In this document: piece by piece, positions 30,583-40,071 of the stretch
Layout of the letters: the number at the start of each line of letters is the position of its first letter
Position numbering within the stretch: position 1 is the first letter of the stretch
From: Ignavibacteriales bacterium CG18_big_fil_WC_8_21_14_2_50_31_20
Lineage (GTDB): Bacteria; Bacteroidota; Ignavibacteria; Ignavibacteriales; Melioribacteraceae
Reading direction: 5' to 3'
DNA: 64,000 nucleotides
Assembly: GCA_002786785.1 (NCBI GenBank)
Contig: PCUD01000008.1
Location: 212 to 64,211 of the forward strand
The notes under the pieces: model-generated
Seen by the model: the letters and a program-made list of their open reading frames with translations, nothing else
Databases searched by the model: none
What the model was told of the DNA's origin: nothing
Made by a program: the position numbers and the translations under genes

Positions 30583-31332
30583 ATGTCAAAATTATTAGTT
30601 ATTCCGTCAATTGATATTAAAGATGGACAAACTGTTAGAGTAGTTCAAGGAATTCCAGAATTAAATTGCCGTGCATATGGTAATGACCCTGTTGAGATGG
30701 CGATGATATGGCGAACAGAAAATGCAAAATTTCTTCATGTTGTTGATTTTGACCATTCACAATTGCATTCCATTAAAAATTATAAAATTGTAAAAGAAAT
30801 TTGCGAATCAGTTGTAATTCCAGTTGAGTTTGGTGGTGGAATTAGTTCTTTTGATGATGCGCAAGAAGCTATGGATTTAGGGGTTACACGTCTAGTAATT
30901 GGCTCTCTAGCTTATACAAATCCTCTCGAATTTGAGAAAATAATACAGCAATTCGGAAGCTCAAAACTTGCTGCTGCAATTGATATAATTGATAACAAAG
31001 TTGTAATCCGTGGAAGAAAGGAAGTTCTTGATTTATCTCCATTAGAATATGCAAAAAGACTTGAAAATAACGGAATGAAAAGAGTTATTGTAACTGATGT
31101 TTCCAAAAATGGAATGCTAAACGGTGCTAATATTGAACTTTCAAAATTAATTGCTCAAAATACTAATCTAAAGGTTACTCATTCTGGTGGAATTTCCAAA
31201 AAGGAAGAACTATTTGAACTTAATTCGCTTACAAATATTGGAATTGATTCTGCTATTATTGGCAGAGCACTTTACGAAAATAAATTTGCTTGTCAAAAAA
31301 TATGGCGGATTGCCGAATCTGGAATTTTTTAA
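30583..31332 (+). CDS. HisA/HisF-family (beta/alpha)8 barrel protein (ProFAR isomerase-like, divergent)
   Basis: IPSIDIKDGQTVRVVQG, VTDVSKNGMLNGAN, HSGGIS and IIGRALYENKF follow the HisA pattern. Some canonical residues differ, and there are no other his genes nearby. Confidence 0.6.
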   Translation: MSKLLVIPSIDIKDGQTVRVVQGIPELNCRAYGNDPVEMAMIWRTENAKFLHVVDFDHSQLHSIKNYKIVKEICESVVIPVEFGGGISSFDDAQEAMDLGVTRLVIGSLAYTNPLEFEKIIQQFGSSKLAAAIDIIDNKVVIRGRKEVLDLSPLEYAKRLENNGMKRVIVTDVSKNGMLNGANIELSKLIAQNTNLKVTHSGGISKKEELFELNSLTNIGIDSAIIGRALYENKFACQKIWRIAESGIF

Positions 31333-31374
31333 TTAAGTTTAAAGTAGTCATAATTCAATACAATAGGAGGTAAT

Positions 31375-31842
31375 ATGGAACTGATAAAAAAAATATTAGT
31401 ACCAATCGATTTCTCTGATTATTCTAAAAAAGCACTTCATTACACAGTTGCTTTTGCTAAACAATTTAATGCCGAAATTAATCTTGTTTATGTAATTGAG
31501 CCTGTTGTTTATCCAGCTGATTTAAGTATGGGGCAAGTAGTTATTCCTCAATCAGAAATTGATTTAAGTTCAAAATCCAAGCAAGAACTTGAACAGCTTG
31601 CTAAAACGGAAATTGGGAATCTTCTTAAATACAATATTATTATTAAAAACGGAAAACCTTTTGTGGAAATTATTGAAACAGCAACCGAAATTGATTCTGA
31701 TTTAATAATAATTTCTACTCACGGACATACAGGAGTTGAGCATTTGCTTTTTGGCAGCACGGCAGAAAAAGTTGTTCGCAAAGCCCCTTGTCCAGTCCTT
31801 ACAATTCGTGAACCAATTAAGGGTTTTAGATTTAAAGCATAG
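31375..31842 (+). CDS. Universal stress protein (UspA family)
   Basis: ILVPIDFSDYSKKAL...LIIISTHGHTGVEHLLFGSTAEKVVRKAPCPVLTI. A strong SD (aggagg) lies upstream. Confidence 0.9.
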   Translation: MELIKKILVPIDFSDYSKKALHYTVAFAKQFNAEINLVYVIEPVVYPADLSMGQVVIPQSEIDLSSKSKQELEQLAKTEIGNLLKYNIIIKNGKPFVEIIETATEIDSDLIIISTHGHTGVEHLLFGSTAEKVVRKAPCPVLTIREPIKGFRFKA

Positions 31843-31994
31843 TATTCTGTTGGAAATATTATTCGAGTAAAGTTTATGTTTTAATTTTATATTTGTTAAA
31901 AATAAAAAATAGGTTATTATTCTAAAACTAATAACTTATTAATATTTTTTTTGTAGATTTGACTTATCAATTAAATTTATAATTAGGAAATATA

Positions 31995-34367
31995 ATGGAT
32001 AAAAAGAAGAATGTTAAAACAGAAAAAAAACAGCTTTCTTCAAGCGTTGAACAATATTATTTAACTAAATCAAAAAAAGAATTACAATATAAACCAACCG
32101 AAAAAATACCGATAATTCAAGTTGATAATTTCCCAGAATTGGGTAAACTAACTGCTTTAAGATTTGTTGAGTGGTTGCAGAGCAATCCCAACGGAGTTGT
32201 TTCACTACCAACTGGAAAAACTCCCGAGCATTTTATTAGATGGGTGTCACGTATTATTAATCAATGGGATTCAAAATCTATTCAAGAAGTGTTAACAGAA
32301 GTAGGTATAAACGCTTCACAAAAACCGTCACTTTCAAATATCACATTTGTTCAAATTGATGAATTTTATCCAATAGATTCAGCTCAGCATAATAGCTTTT
32401 ATTATTATATAAATAAATATTATTTCAAAAATCTTGGTTTTAATAAATCAAAAGCCTTAATGATGAATATAAATGAAATTTCAACTGCCGAAAATTTGCC
32501 ATTAGAAACAATTTTCCCAGATAGTGTAGTTGATTTATCCTTAAGAACAAGATGGGCAAGTAATAGATTGGAGCGTTTACAAAAGAAAACTATTGAATTC
32601 ATTGACGAATTTTGTACTAATTACGAAAAGCAAATTAGAGATTTAGGAGGAATAGGATTTTTCCTTGGTGGAATTGGTCCTGACGGTCATATTGGTTTTA
32701 ATGTGCAAGGTAGCGATCATTATTCAACCACTCGTTTAATTCAAACAAACTACGAAACACAAGCTGCCGCTTCGAGTGATTTGGGAGGAATTGAAATTGC
32801 AAAAAATAGATTAGTTATTACAATTGGCTTAGATACAATTACTTATAACAAAGATGCAACGGCAATAATCATTGCTGCTGGCGAAGCAAAATCAAACATT
32901 GTGCGTGACTCTATTCAAAATAGTGCTTCAAATAAATATCCAGCAACTGTTTTACAAAAATTAGAAAATGGACGTTTTTACTTAACAAATGGTGCTGCTC
33001 TTCGTTTAATAGAAAGACGATATACCGATATGCTTGCTGAAGAACCTCTAAGTAAAGCAACAATTGAACGTGCCGTTTTTAATTTGGTTGTAGAAAAACA
33101 AAAAACATTACTTGAACTAACAAAAGAAGATTACCAATCAAATAAAATATCTAATCTAATTTTGACTAAAACTGAAAAAACTCCGAAAGAGTTAGGTGAA
33201 ACAATTCGTAAAAGTTTGTTGGAACGATTTGAAAAAGGTTTAACGCCTATTGAAAATGAAACAATATTGCATACTGCGCCTCATCACGATGATATTATGC
33301 TTGGTTACTTGCCTTATATAAATCATTTGGTTCGAACTCCAACAAACACACATCATTTTACTTATTTGACTAGTGGATTTACTGCAGTAACCAATTTTTA
33401 TATGTTGGAATTATTTAGAAATCTATTAGAAAATCTTCATAATGATTCTTTCACAAGTAGATTTGACGAAGGTTATTTTGACCCAGCAAATATTGAAGGT
33501 AAAAACAGAGATGTTGCATTGTATTTAGATGGAATTGCAGAACACTCTGCTACTCTTAAAATTGAAGCTGTTTCGAGACGACTTGTAAGAAACATGATTG
33601 AAATTTATGAAGAGGATAATCCAGTTTATTTACAAGATAGGGTCGAAGAATTAATCAATTATTTCGAAACTCAGTATCCTGGTAAAAAAGATATCCAACA
33701 TGTTCAAAAATTAAAAGGAATGCAACGTGAATGGGAAGTTGAAATTCTTTGGGCTTATTATGGATTTTCAGTTGAGGATATTTCTCATTTAAGATTAGGG
33801 TTTTATCAAGGTGATATTTTTACCGAAAATCCAGAAATGGGACGTGATGTTATCCCTGTTGTAAATTTGTTGAAAAAAATTAAACCTACAATTGTTACAG
33901 TTGCATTAGACCCAGAAGGAAGTGGTCCAGATACTCATTACAAAGTTCTTCAAGCTGTTTCTGAAGCATTAAAGATTTATGAAAAAGAAACTGGTAATTC
34001 AAATATTAAAGTTTGGGGATATCGAAACGTTTGGTTCCGATTCCATCCAGCAGAAGCAAATATTTATTTGCCGGTTAGCCTTGGTTCCTTTGCAATTTTG
34101 GAAAATACTTTTATGAAAAGTTTTGGTTCGCAAAGTAATGCAAGTTTCCCAAGTTGGGAATATGATGGTCCATTCCATCGGTTGGCTCAACGTATTCAAG
34201 TTGACCAATATAATATTATGAGAACTTCGCTTGGGAAAGAGTATTTCTTAAATCATGATTATAAAAGGGTATGTGCAGCTAAAGGAATGATTTTCTTGAA
34301 AGAACTTACACTTGAGGAGTTCTACAAACATTCTATTGAATTAAAAAAATTAACTGAAAATTCTTAA
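31995..34367 (+). CDS. nagB: Long-form glucosamine-6-phosphate deaminase fused to a PIG-L/LmbE-like deacetylase domain
   Basis: The N-terminal half has LPTGKTPE, FVQIDEFYP and LGGIGPDGHIGFN (NagB/6-phosphogluconolactonase fold). The C-terminal half has HTAPHHDDIMLGY, resembling the LmbE AHPDD motif. Confidence 0.7.
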   Translation: MDKKKNVKTEKKQLSSSVEQYYLTKSKKELQYKPTEKIPIIQVDNFPELGKLTALRFVEWLQSNPNGVVSLPTGKTPEHFIRWVSRIINQWDSKSIQEVLTEVGINASQKPSLSNITFVQIDEFYPIDSAQHNSFYYYINKYYFKNLGFNKSKALMMNINEISTAENLPLETIFPDSVVDLSLRTRWASNRLERLQKKTIEFIDEFCTNYEKQIRDLGGIGFFLGGIGPDGHIGFNVQGSDHYSTTRLIQTNYETQAAASSDLGGIEIAKNRLVITIGLDTITYNKDATAIIIAAGEAKSNIVRDSIQNSASNKYPATVLQKLENGRFYLTNGAALRLIERRYTDMLAEEPLSKATIERAVFNLVVEKQKTLLELTKEDYQSNKISNLILTKTEKTPKELGETIRKSLLERFEKGLTPIENETILHTAPHHDDIMLGYLPYINHLVRTPTNTHHFTYLTSGFTAVTNFYMLELFRNLLENLHNDSFTSRFDEGYFDPANIEGKNRDVALYLDGIAEHSATLKIEAVSRRLVRNMIEIYEEDNPVYLQDRVEELINYFETQYPGKKDIQHVQKLKGMQREWEVEILWAYYGFSVEDISHLRLGFYQGDIFTENPEMGRDVIPVVNLLKKIKPTIVTVALDPEGSGPDTHYKVLQAVSEALKIYEKETGNSNIKVWGYRNVWFRFHPAEANIYLPVSLGSFAILENTFMKSFGSQSNASFPSWEYDGPFHRLAQRIQVDQYNIMRTSLGKEYFLNHDYKRVCAAKGMIFLKELTLEEFYKHSIELKKLTENS

Positions 34368-34390
34368 TTTATTTATTATGATTTTTTATT

Positions 34391-34417
34391 AAGGGGTGTT
34401 TATTCACCCCTTTTTTA
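34391..34417 (+). terminator. Rho-independent terminator after nagB
   Basis: aaggggtg-tttatt-cacccctt followed by a T-run. Confidence 0.8.
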
Positions 34418-34505
34418 TTTTAAATATTTTAATCTGAATCCTTTTATAGACAAAAACATCTTACAAATTAACAATTTTAATTTATAATAATAAAAAGGAT
34501 AAAAA

Positions 34506-34874
34506 ATGACTGAGATATTAACAAAAGCCGATTTTTTAACTAAAATATTCGACTATGAAAATAAAAAAGATTGGGATTACCAAGGTGAAGTTCCAGCATT
34601 AATTGATTTTTATGCTGATTGGTGCCAACCATGTAAAATGGTAGCTCCTATTCTTGAGGAATTAAGTAATGAATACGATGGAAAATTAAAAATTTATAAA
34701 ATAAATACAGAAGTCGAAGAAGAATTGGCAGGTATATTTGGAATTAGATCAATTCCATCACTTTTATTTATTCCAAAAGATGGGAAACCTCAAATGGCTC
34801 AAGGTGCCTTACCAAAGGAAAACCTTAAAGAAGCAATCGAAAGTGTGTTATTTTCTGTTGATAAAATTGCTTAA
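34506..34874 (+). CDS. Thioredoxin
   Basis: Active site WCQPCK in the context LIDFYADWCQPCKMVAPIL, plus GIRSIPSLLF. Confidence 0.9.
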   Translation: MTEILTKADFLTKIFDYENKKDWDYQGEVPALIDFYADWCQPCKMVAPILEELSNEYDGKLKIYKINTEVEEELAGIFGIRSIPSLLFIPKDGKPQMAQGALPKENLKEAIESVLFSVDKIA

Positions 34875-34912
34875 TTTCCATATCTTTACAAGTTAGATAC
34901 TTGCATTTTTAA

Positions 34913-34940
34913 ACTGATCAAATTTTGGTCAGTTTTTTTA
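34913..34940 (+). terminator. Probable rho-independent terminator after thioredoxin
   Basis: actgatc-aaaatttt-ggtcagt (7-bp stem with one G-U pair) followed by ttttttt. Confidence 0.55.
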
Positions 34941-35023
34941 TATTTTTAAACTAAATGGAACCTTAGTCTAAGAATATTTGTATAGGCACTACAATTTTTT
35001 ATATACTTCGTGGGAGTTATATT

Positions 35024-35884
35024 TTGAAAATAACTAAGCAATTTACAAACCGTGAAAGCCAAAGTTTAGACAGATATTTACAAGAAATTGGTAAAGTGGA
35101 TCTTATTACTGCCGATCAAGAAATTGAATTAGCAATTAAAATTAGAAATGGAGACCAAGTAGCCTTAGAAACACTTACAAAAGCAAATTTACGATTTGTG
35201 GTTAGTGTTGCTAAACAATTCCAAAATAAAGGTTTACCGTTAAGTGATTTAATAAACGAAGGAAATATTGGGCTAATTAAAGCAGCTAAAAAATTTGATG
35301 AAACTCGTGGATTCAAATTTATTTCTTATGCAGTTTGGTGGATTAAACAATCTATTATGCAAGCTATTGCAGATCAGTCAAGGATGGTGCGTCTCCCACT
35401 TAATAGAGTTGGTGCATTAACAAAAATTTCTAAAATTGCATCAGTACTTGAACAAGAGTTTGAAAGAACTCCTTCAACTGAGGAGATTGCAAAAGAACTT
35501 GAAATGGATGTAAATGATGTTGCTTATGCTTTAAAAGTTTCTGGACGCCATGTTTCTGTTGATGCACCTTTTTCACAAAGTGACAATGATAAAAGTAGTT
35601 TGCTTGATGTAATTTCAAACAACGAACAACCTGAGCCTGATTATGATTTAATGACAAATTCATTGAAAAATGATATTGAGAGCTCACTTGGCACTTTAAC
35701 CGAAAGAGAAGCTGAAGTTATCCGTTTGTATTTTGGAATTAATAGCGAATACTCCGCAACTCTTGAAGAAATTGGTGAAATGTTAAATTTAACTCGTGAA
35801 AGAGTTCGTCAAATTAAAGAAAAAGCTCTTGGAAGATTACGACATTCATCAAGAAGTAAAAATCTTAAAGTTTATTTAGGGTAA
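35024..35884 (+). CDS. rpoD: Primary RNA polymerase sigma-70 factor (short FCB/Bacteroidetes type)
   Basis: TTG start. The 286-aa product has [69 protein letters not shown] and region 4 [14 protein letters not shown]. Confidence 0.85.
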   Translation: MKITKQFTNRESQSLDRYLQEIGKVDLITADQEIELAIKIRNGDQVALETLTKANLRFVVSVAKQFQNKGLPLSDLINEGNIGLIKAAKKFDETRGFKFISYAVWWIKQSIMQAIADQSRMVRLPLNRVGALTKISKIASVLEQEFERTPSTEEIAKELEMDVNDVAYALKVSGRHVSVDAPFSQSDNDKSSLLDVISNNEQPEPDYDLMTNSLKNDIESSLGTLTEREAEVIRLYFGINSEYSATLEEIGEMLNLTRERVRQIKEKALGRLRHSSRSKNLKVYLG

Positions 35885-35902
35885 AAAAATATTTTTTGCA
35901 AA

Positions 35903-35933
35903 AGCGATTAGAAGTTCTAATCGCTTTTTTTTT
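35903..35933 (+). terminator. Rho-independent terminator after rpoD
   Basis: agcgattag-aagtt-ctaatcgct followed by nine T. Confidence 0.85.
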
Positions 35934-36033
35934 GCCCAAAATTAAATGGTTATTTGTAATATGATAATAACCTTTGAATAGATTATGAAAATTATTATTT
36001 TTATAACTACAACATTCATAAATTGGAAGCAAT

Positions 36034-37227
36034 ATGAAAAAAATATTACTTTTTGTTCTAATGTTCATAACTGTCCAACTAAATGCACAGGATAAACCAA
36101 TGGAAATTATTCAAAAAAATATTTCTGAAATTAAAGAGAAATATGCTCCAGACAAAAGGGTTGCAATATTTCAAATTGACTTAGTTGAAGAAAACAATAC
36201 ATTCAAATTAGTAGGTGAAACCACAGAATTACATGCAAAAAATGAACTCCTAAAAACTTTGGAATTAGCTAATATTAATTTTTTAGATGAAATTAAATTA
36301 TTACCCGAAAATGAATTAGGCAATAAGACACTTGGGTTAATTGATGTTTCTGTTGCAAATCTTCGCGGAGAACCAAAACATCCAGCCGAAATGGTAACAC
36401 AAGCTCTACTTGGAACTCCAGTTAGAGTGTTGAAAGAGGATGATGGGTTTTATCTAATTCAAACCCCAGATAAATATATTGCTTGGGTTGATGAAGATGC
36501 TATTAAAACAATTTCTAAAGATGAATATGACAAATGGTATAGTTCGGATAAAGTAATTTTTATTAAAGAATTTGGTTTTTCTTTTATTGAAGCTGATAAA
36601 CAATCGGAACGGATTTCTGATTTAGTTATTGGAAATATACTTGTAAAAATTGGTGAACAAGAAGGGTTTACAAAAGTAAAATATCCTGATGGAAGAGAAG
36701 CTTTTGTTGAAACTTCTGAATTAAAGGATTTTAATGAATGGCTTTCCTATGCATATCCAACAAGAAAAAACATTATTAAAACTGCAAAACTATTTATTGG
36801 AAATCCATATATGTGGGGTGGTACATCGGCTAAAGGATTAGATTGCAGTGGATTTACTAAAACAGTTTATTTCCTAAATGGTGTTTTGCTTGATAGAGAT
36901 GCCTCACAACAAGTTAAAAAGGGAATAGAAGTAGATACAGAAAATAATTTTGATAATGTGCAAAAAGGTGATTTGCTTTTTTTTGGTGTAAAATCAAAAG
37001 ATGGATTAAGAAAAAGAATTACACATGTTGGAATTTATATTGATAACTTAGAATTTATTCATGAAGCTGGAAAAGTTAAATATAATAGTTTTGATAAAAA
37101 TGCACAAAATTTTAGTAAATACCGTCTTAAAAATTTTGCTGGCTCAAGGAATATAATTGATTCAATTGGCAAAAACGGAATTGAACTTATCAAAGATAAT
37201 AAATTCTATAATGGAGAGTTAAAATGA
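36034..37227 (+). CDS. Secreted NlpC/P60 (C40) cell-wall peptidase with SH3-like domains
   Basis: Has a signal peptide. The catalytic Cys block is GNPYMWGGTSAKGLDCSGFTKTVY and the His block is THVGIYI. Confidence 0.85.
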   Translation: MKKILLFVLMFITVQLNAQDKPMEIIQKNISEIKEKYAPDKRVAIFQIDLVEENNTFKLVGETTELHAKNELLKTLELANINFLDEIKLLPENELGNKTLGLIDVSVANLRGEPKHPAEMVTQALLGTPVRVLKEDDGFYLIQTPDKYIAWVDEDAIKTISKDEYDKWYSSDKVIFIKEFGFSFIEADKQSERISDLVIGNILVKIGEQEGFTKVKYPDGREAFVETSELKDFNEWLSYAYPTRKNIIKTAKLFIGNPYMWGGTSAKGLDCSGFTKTVYFLNGVLLDRDASQQVKKGIEVDTENNFDNVQKGDLLFFGVKSKDGLRKRITHVGIYIDNLEFIHEAGKVKYNSFDKNAQNFSKYRLKNFAGSRNIIDSIGKNGIELIKDNKFYNGELK

Positions 37228-38369
37228 AACAGAATAGAAGAAACTTTATTATAACTTCAGGTTTAATAGGTGGAGCAGTTTTAACTCCAAGTTTATTTAA
37301 CAATGCGTTTGGGAAAAATATTAATATTATAGGTGAAAATAAAAAAATGAAATTTACATTCAAACCTTATACTTTACAATTGAAACACGTTTTTACAATA
37401 GCAACAAGTTCGCGTTCTACTACTCCAGTTATGCTTACTCAAATTGAGTATGATGGAATTATTGGATATGGAGAAGCATCTATGCCACCATATTTAGGTG
37501 AATCTCACGAAACAGCTTCAAAATTTTTATCAAAAGTTGATTTATCTCAATTTAACGATCCATTTAAAATGGATGAAATTCTTGAATATATTGATGGAAT
37601 TGATGAGAAAAATACTGCAGCAAAAGCAGCTGTTGATATTGCTCTTCACGATTTAGTAGGAAAAATTATAGGTCAACCATGGTATAAAATTTGGGGATAT
37701 GATAAATCAAAAACTCCAAATACTTCTTTTACAATAGGAATTGATACTCCAGAAGTTGTAAAGCAAAAAGTAAAAGAAGCAACTGCTTATAATATTCTAA
37801 AAGTAAAACTTGGGCGAGAAACAGACAAAGAGATGATAGAAACAATACGCTCAGTGACTGATAAGCCTCTTGTTGTTGATGTTAATCAAGGATGGACAGA
37901 TAAACATTTTGCACTAGATATGATTTATTGGCTAAATGAAAGAGGAGTTAAAATGGTTGAGCAACCAATGCCAAAAACTCAATTGGACGATAACGCTTGG
38001 TTAACCGAAAAATCACCTCTTCCAACATTTGGTGATGAATCGGTTCAAAGGATACCCGATGTAATTAAAGCACATGGAATATATTCTGGGATTAATATAA
38101 AACTTATGAAATGTACAGGATTGAGAGAAGCTCACAAAATGGTTGATCTTGCTAAATCGCTTAATTTACAAGTAATGTTAGGTTGTATGACAGAAACATC
38201 GTGTGCAATTTCTGCAATTTCGCAGCTTGCACCTGAAGCAGTTTGGGGTGATATTGATGGAAATCTTTTAATTAGCAATGATCCTTTCGACGGAATTATA
38301 ATAGTGGATGGTAAAGTAACACTAAACGAAGCTCCAGGTATTGGATTAACTGCAGTTAGATCTTTCTAA
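37224..38369 (+). CDS. Dipeptide (L-Ala-D/L-Glu-type) epimerase of the enolase superfamily with a twin-arginine signal
   Basis: ATGA overlap with the peptidase gene. The Tat-like N-terminus is MKQNRRNFIITSGLIGGAVL. The enolase/MLE blocks are KVKLG, VVDVNQGW, VEQP, DES and KLMKCTG. Confidence 0.75.
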   Translation: MKQNRRNFIITSGLIGGAVLTPSLFNNAFGKNINIIGENKKMKFTFKPYTLQLKHVFTIATSSRSTTPVMLTQIEYDGIIGYGEASMPPYLGESHETASKFLSKVDLSQFNDPFKMDEILEYIDGIDEKNTAAKAAVDIALHDLVGKIIGQPWYKIWGYDKSKTPNTSFTIGIDTPEVVKQKVKEATAYNILKVKLGRETDKEMIETIRSVTDKPLVVDVNQGWTDKHFALDMIYWLNERGVKMVEQPMPKTQLDDNAWLTEKSPLPTFGDESVQRIPDVIKAHGIYSGINIKLMKCTGLREAHKMVDLAKSLNLQVMLGCMTETSCAISAISQLAPEAVWGDIDGNLLISNDPFDGIIIVDGKVTLNEAPGIGLTAVRSF

Positions 38370-38376
38370 AAAATTT

Positions 38377-38409
38377 AAAGCATACTTAATTTTATGCTGA
38401 GTATGCTTT
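38377..38409. terminator. Hairpin between convergent genes (possible bidirectional terminator)
   Basis: aaagcatact-13 nt loop-agtatgcttt. The flanks are A/T rich. Confidence 0.5.
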
Positions 38410-38435
38410 AGCTTTTAACTTTAATCGAAAATAGA

Positions 38436-39095
38436 TTACTTAATTATAACACCCCATTCCATAATATAATATTTTTCTCTTTTACTGCTTTCAATTATAG
38501 GCTGTTTAAGTTTCAATTGATTGTTATCTCTTCCTTTTATATAATAAAATAATCTAAAAATATTATCTGGTTCTTTTGAAAAATTTAACAAAATCATCTT
38601 TTCAATATCCAAAGTATATTGCGGATAAATTGCGTAATAGTCAAATTGGGTTAACTTTGGAATCCAATAATCAGTGAAATCTTTAATTTCTTTTGTACTA
38701 AATCCAGAAAATTTCAAATTGTTTATGAAGAAAGAATTAAGGCTTTCTTTGTTAACTAACCAACCTGCCTTTTTTTGAAATAAATCAGGGACATCACATT
38801 CATAAAATAAATATTGATATTCATCATCAATAATACCATTTGGTTTCACAGTAACATCCCACCCACTATTGTATAAAGGAATTGATGTTGTTACATGTCC
38901 TCCACTTACGAATAAAATATTTACTTCTAAGTTTAGAGACTCTGTAGGATAAATATAAATATTTGGTTTATACACTATAACATTAGATGAGTCATCGTCG
39001 CAAGGGTTAGGTTCAGTGGGGGAATCTTTGCAACCACAAATTATAGCTATAAATAAAAATGCTAAAATGAAAAATGATAATTCTTTGGATTTCAT
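38436..39095 (-). CDS. Hypothetical lipoprotein
   Basis: Signal peptide with Cys lipobox (FIAIICGC). I recognise no family. Confidence 0.5.
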   Translation of the reverse strand: MKSKELSFFILAFLFIAIICGCKDSPTEPNPCDDDSSNVIVYKPNIYIYPTESLNLEVNILFVSGGHVTTSIPLYNSGWDVTVKPNGIIDDEYQYLFYECDVPDLFQKKAGWLVNKESLNSFFINNLKFSGFSTKEIKDFTDYWIPKLTQFDYYAIYPQYTLDIEKMILLNFSKEPDNIFRLFYYIKGRDNNQLKLKQPIIESSKREKYYIMEWGVIIK

Positions 39096-39198
39096 ATTTT
39101 TACCTCAATAATTGTTTTAATACTTGCAATATTTATTTATTAAAATAACTTATTAAACTAAATATTTAAAAACACAAATATTTTATATTAAATAAATA

Positions 39199-39894
39199 TT
39201 AGACTGCTACACCAAACAAAGCACCAACACCCGCCGTTAATCCCATTGCTAATGCGCCCCAAAACGAAACTCTTAAAACAGCTTTAAGAATAGGAGAACC
39301 ACCTACTTTTGCTGAAACCATTCCTAATAAACCAAGGAAAAACAACGAAGTTATTGCGACACAAGGAATTAAAATGCTTTGAGGAAAAATTATTACTGCC
39401 AATAATGGCATTATTGCACCAACTGCAAAAGCACCGGCGGAAGAAAATGCCGCTTGAGTAGGTTTGGCGGTAAGTATTTCGGAGATTCCTAATTCATCTC
39501 TTGCATGAGCGCCTATTGCATCATGGGCCATTAGTTGAATTGCTACTTGAGAAGCTAATCCCTTTTCCAAGCCTCTTCCAACATAAATATTTGTAAGTTC
39601 CTCAACCTCGTGTTCATGGTCATCTTCAAGTTCTTTTAATTCTCTAGCAATGTCAGCTTTTTCTGTATCGGCTTGTGAACTTACTGAAACATATTCACCG
39701 GCAGCCATTGACATAGCACCAGCAACAAGACCAGCAACACCAGCAATTAAAATTTCATTAATTGAAACGCTTGCTGCTGCAACACCTACAATTAAACTTG
39801 CAACCGAAACAATTCCATCATTTGCTCCTAAAACTGCAGCTCTTAGCCATCCAACGTGTTGTGTTCTGTGTTTTTCGGTGTGAGAACTTTTCAT
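39199..39894 (-). CDS. VIT1/CCC1-family iron/manganese transporter
   Basis: WLRAAVLGANDGIVSVASLIVGVA, GAMSMAAGEYVSVSSQ, an acidic cytosolic helix and C-terminal TM helices. The ATG at 39894 (MKSSHTEKH) is preferred over the track start at 39948. Visibly higher G+C than the neighbours, probably reflecting Gly/Ala-rich TM composition. Confidence 0.8.
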   Translation of the reverse strand: MKSSHTEKHRTQHVGWLRAAVLGANDGIVSVASLIVGVAAASVSINEILIAGVAGLVAGAMSMAAGEYVSVSSQADTEKADIARELKELEDDHEHEVEELTNIYVGRGLEKGLASQVAIQLMAHDAIGAHARDELGISEILTAKPTQAAFSSAGAFAVGAIMPLLAVIIFPQSILIPCVAITSLFFLGLLGMVSAKVGGSPILKAVLRVSFWGALAMGLTAGVGALFGVAV

Positions 39895-40071
39895 AATAAT
39901 TTTCCTAAATAAAAAAAATTTAATTATAGGAACAATATAGCATTTCAACCAATATAACGATTAAGTAATTTTTTTGATAAGAATGGATTTATAAACAAAA
40001 AAATAGCATTTTTCAATTTTTTGACTTTTGTGTTATTCTTTATATCTTTAATTTAATAAAAATGGAAATCA

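Noticed and set aside
39895-40071. Possible manganese (yybP-ykoY) riboswitch upstream of the VIT-family transporter.
   Set aside because: The leader is almost pure A/T and lacks the G-rich conserved helices of that riboswitch class.
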